A DNA stretch of 63,884 nt, the filler included, from Octopus bimaculoides (taxonomy: Eukaryota), in the NCBI RefSeq assembly GCF_001194135.2. It is 9 parts of 6 records of this genome, joined end to end, with 100 filler letters (N's around TTAATTAATTAA, not from the genome) between each part and the next. Parts side by side here need not be neighbours in the genome. Positions count along the whole stretch, not along the records: positions 62,769 to 63,884 come from NC_069007.1; 8 more parts are not named here. One strand, given 5' to 3'. Below the pieces are notes generated by a model, which was not told the DNA's origin, searched no databases, and was given only the letters and a program-made list of their open reading frames with translations. Positions 62,769 to 63,884 of this stretch are shown here, in pieces (position 1 is the first letter of the stretch; each line of letters starts with the position of its first letter). A program made the position numbers and the translations under genes.

Positions 62769-63018
62769 GATCTGACGAGTAGCTATATTTTTGAATAGAA
62801 CTTATTTTAGATAATTTCAATTGATTTTAATCGATTTAAATTTCTTTTCTATTTGAAAATTGGTTATGAAACACGTGTAATCTTTTTATTATATTTATCT
62901 TATGATATTTACTTTACTTTATATTATACTCATTTATTGTGCTTTTAATTATTATTTTTTCTATATGTGATAGTGGATTTTCATCGATGAGTTCTTGAAA
63001 ATTGGTTATTTTCCCTAA

Positions 63019-63049
<31 letters not shown>

Positions 63050-63784
63050 GGCCAAACAGTACGTAGCAGGACGATGTTACTGTTGTTATAGTCCCAGGAA
63101 AACATCTTTTCCAGCTGCTATCGACACACACTCGTGTCCTAATAGCATTTGCAAGAGAGGTCATCGCTCCTATGTCTAGCCTTACGCGATACTCACAGAC
63201 CTAGGTTTCTGAATGTTATCCTTCCTCGGTGTGAGTTAACAACAGGCTAGTGACAAAAGCTCTCTTCACTTGCAAATACTATGTATTTTCTAAGCGGCAC
63301 ACATTTACTGATCTCGTAAAGAGTGTGATCTGCAGTAAAAGAACCGGATAGTAATGTTTATATGTCAACAGAACGTGGCAGTCGTATATAGGACGATGTT
63401 ATCTTTCATCTTTTACATGTCCTGTCATTGGATTGCGAGATTGGTAAGGAAATGCTTTGTATAATAATAAGGAGAATGTAAAACAACTGACTTCGGTTTA
63501 CAAACGGGGATGGAGTGAGGCACAACGACAGGCACAAGGACATACCGACGTAACCACACTCAGGGGTACACACGCACGCACTTACTTGATCGACCACATA
63601 CGCACGCACGTACACACAAACACACACACACTTGTAACTGCCTCGAGCTTCCATACAGTTTCTGCTTGCCAAATTCACTTACGAACCATTCTTCGAATCG
63701 GGAGGTAAACTGCAATAGGACTGAACACGAAACCACTTGGTTGCAAAGCGAGTTCCTTAACAGCACATATATATGTACGTGAAT

Positions 63785-63824
<40 letters not shown>

Positions 63825-63884
63825 GGGCACGGTGATTACAAGGAAGAAAAATAGAACATAAATAGTATATATATACATATATAT

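Overview
Eukaryotic, AT-rich, repeat-dominated draft-assembly DNA. The SINE families, compound (TA)n/(CA)n/(TATC)n microsatellites and retroelements look like coleoid cephalopod, probably Octopus (inference). No intact protein-coding gene, tRNA or rRNA is supported; nearly all supplied ORFs are microsatellite or N-gap artefacts. Eight identical 100-bp linkers (44 N + TTAATTAATTAA + 44 N) show the window is nine joined pieces, and one piece ends in an Illumina adapter remnant. Recognisable coding remnants are a mariner (DD34D) transposase fused to a 5'-truncated restriction-like-endonuclease LINE end, two Penelope-like GIY-YIG fragments, an RTE-LINE APE fragment and a 2.5-kb Helitron Rep/Pif1 pseudogene. 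The most interesting signal is a set of minimal type-I hammerhead ribozyme (HHR) motifs from several different Penelope-like (PLE) repeat families. They include a core-swapped G3:C8 variant (49089-49139), a recurring CCGAUGA core, a family with covarying stems and an extra nucleotide after C3, a ~630-bp fold-back carrying twin HHRs, and two co-oriented HHRs about 400 nt apart. All structures were read by eye and none has been tested.
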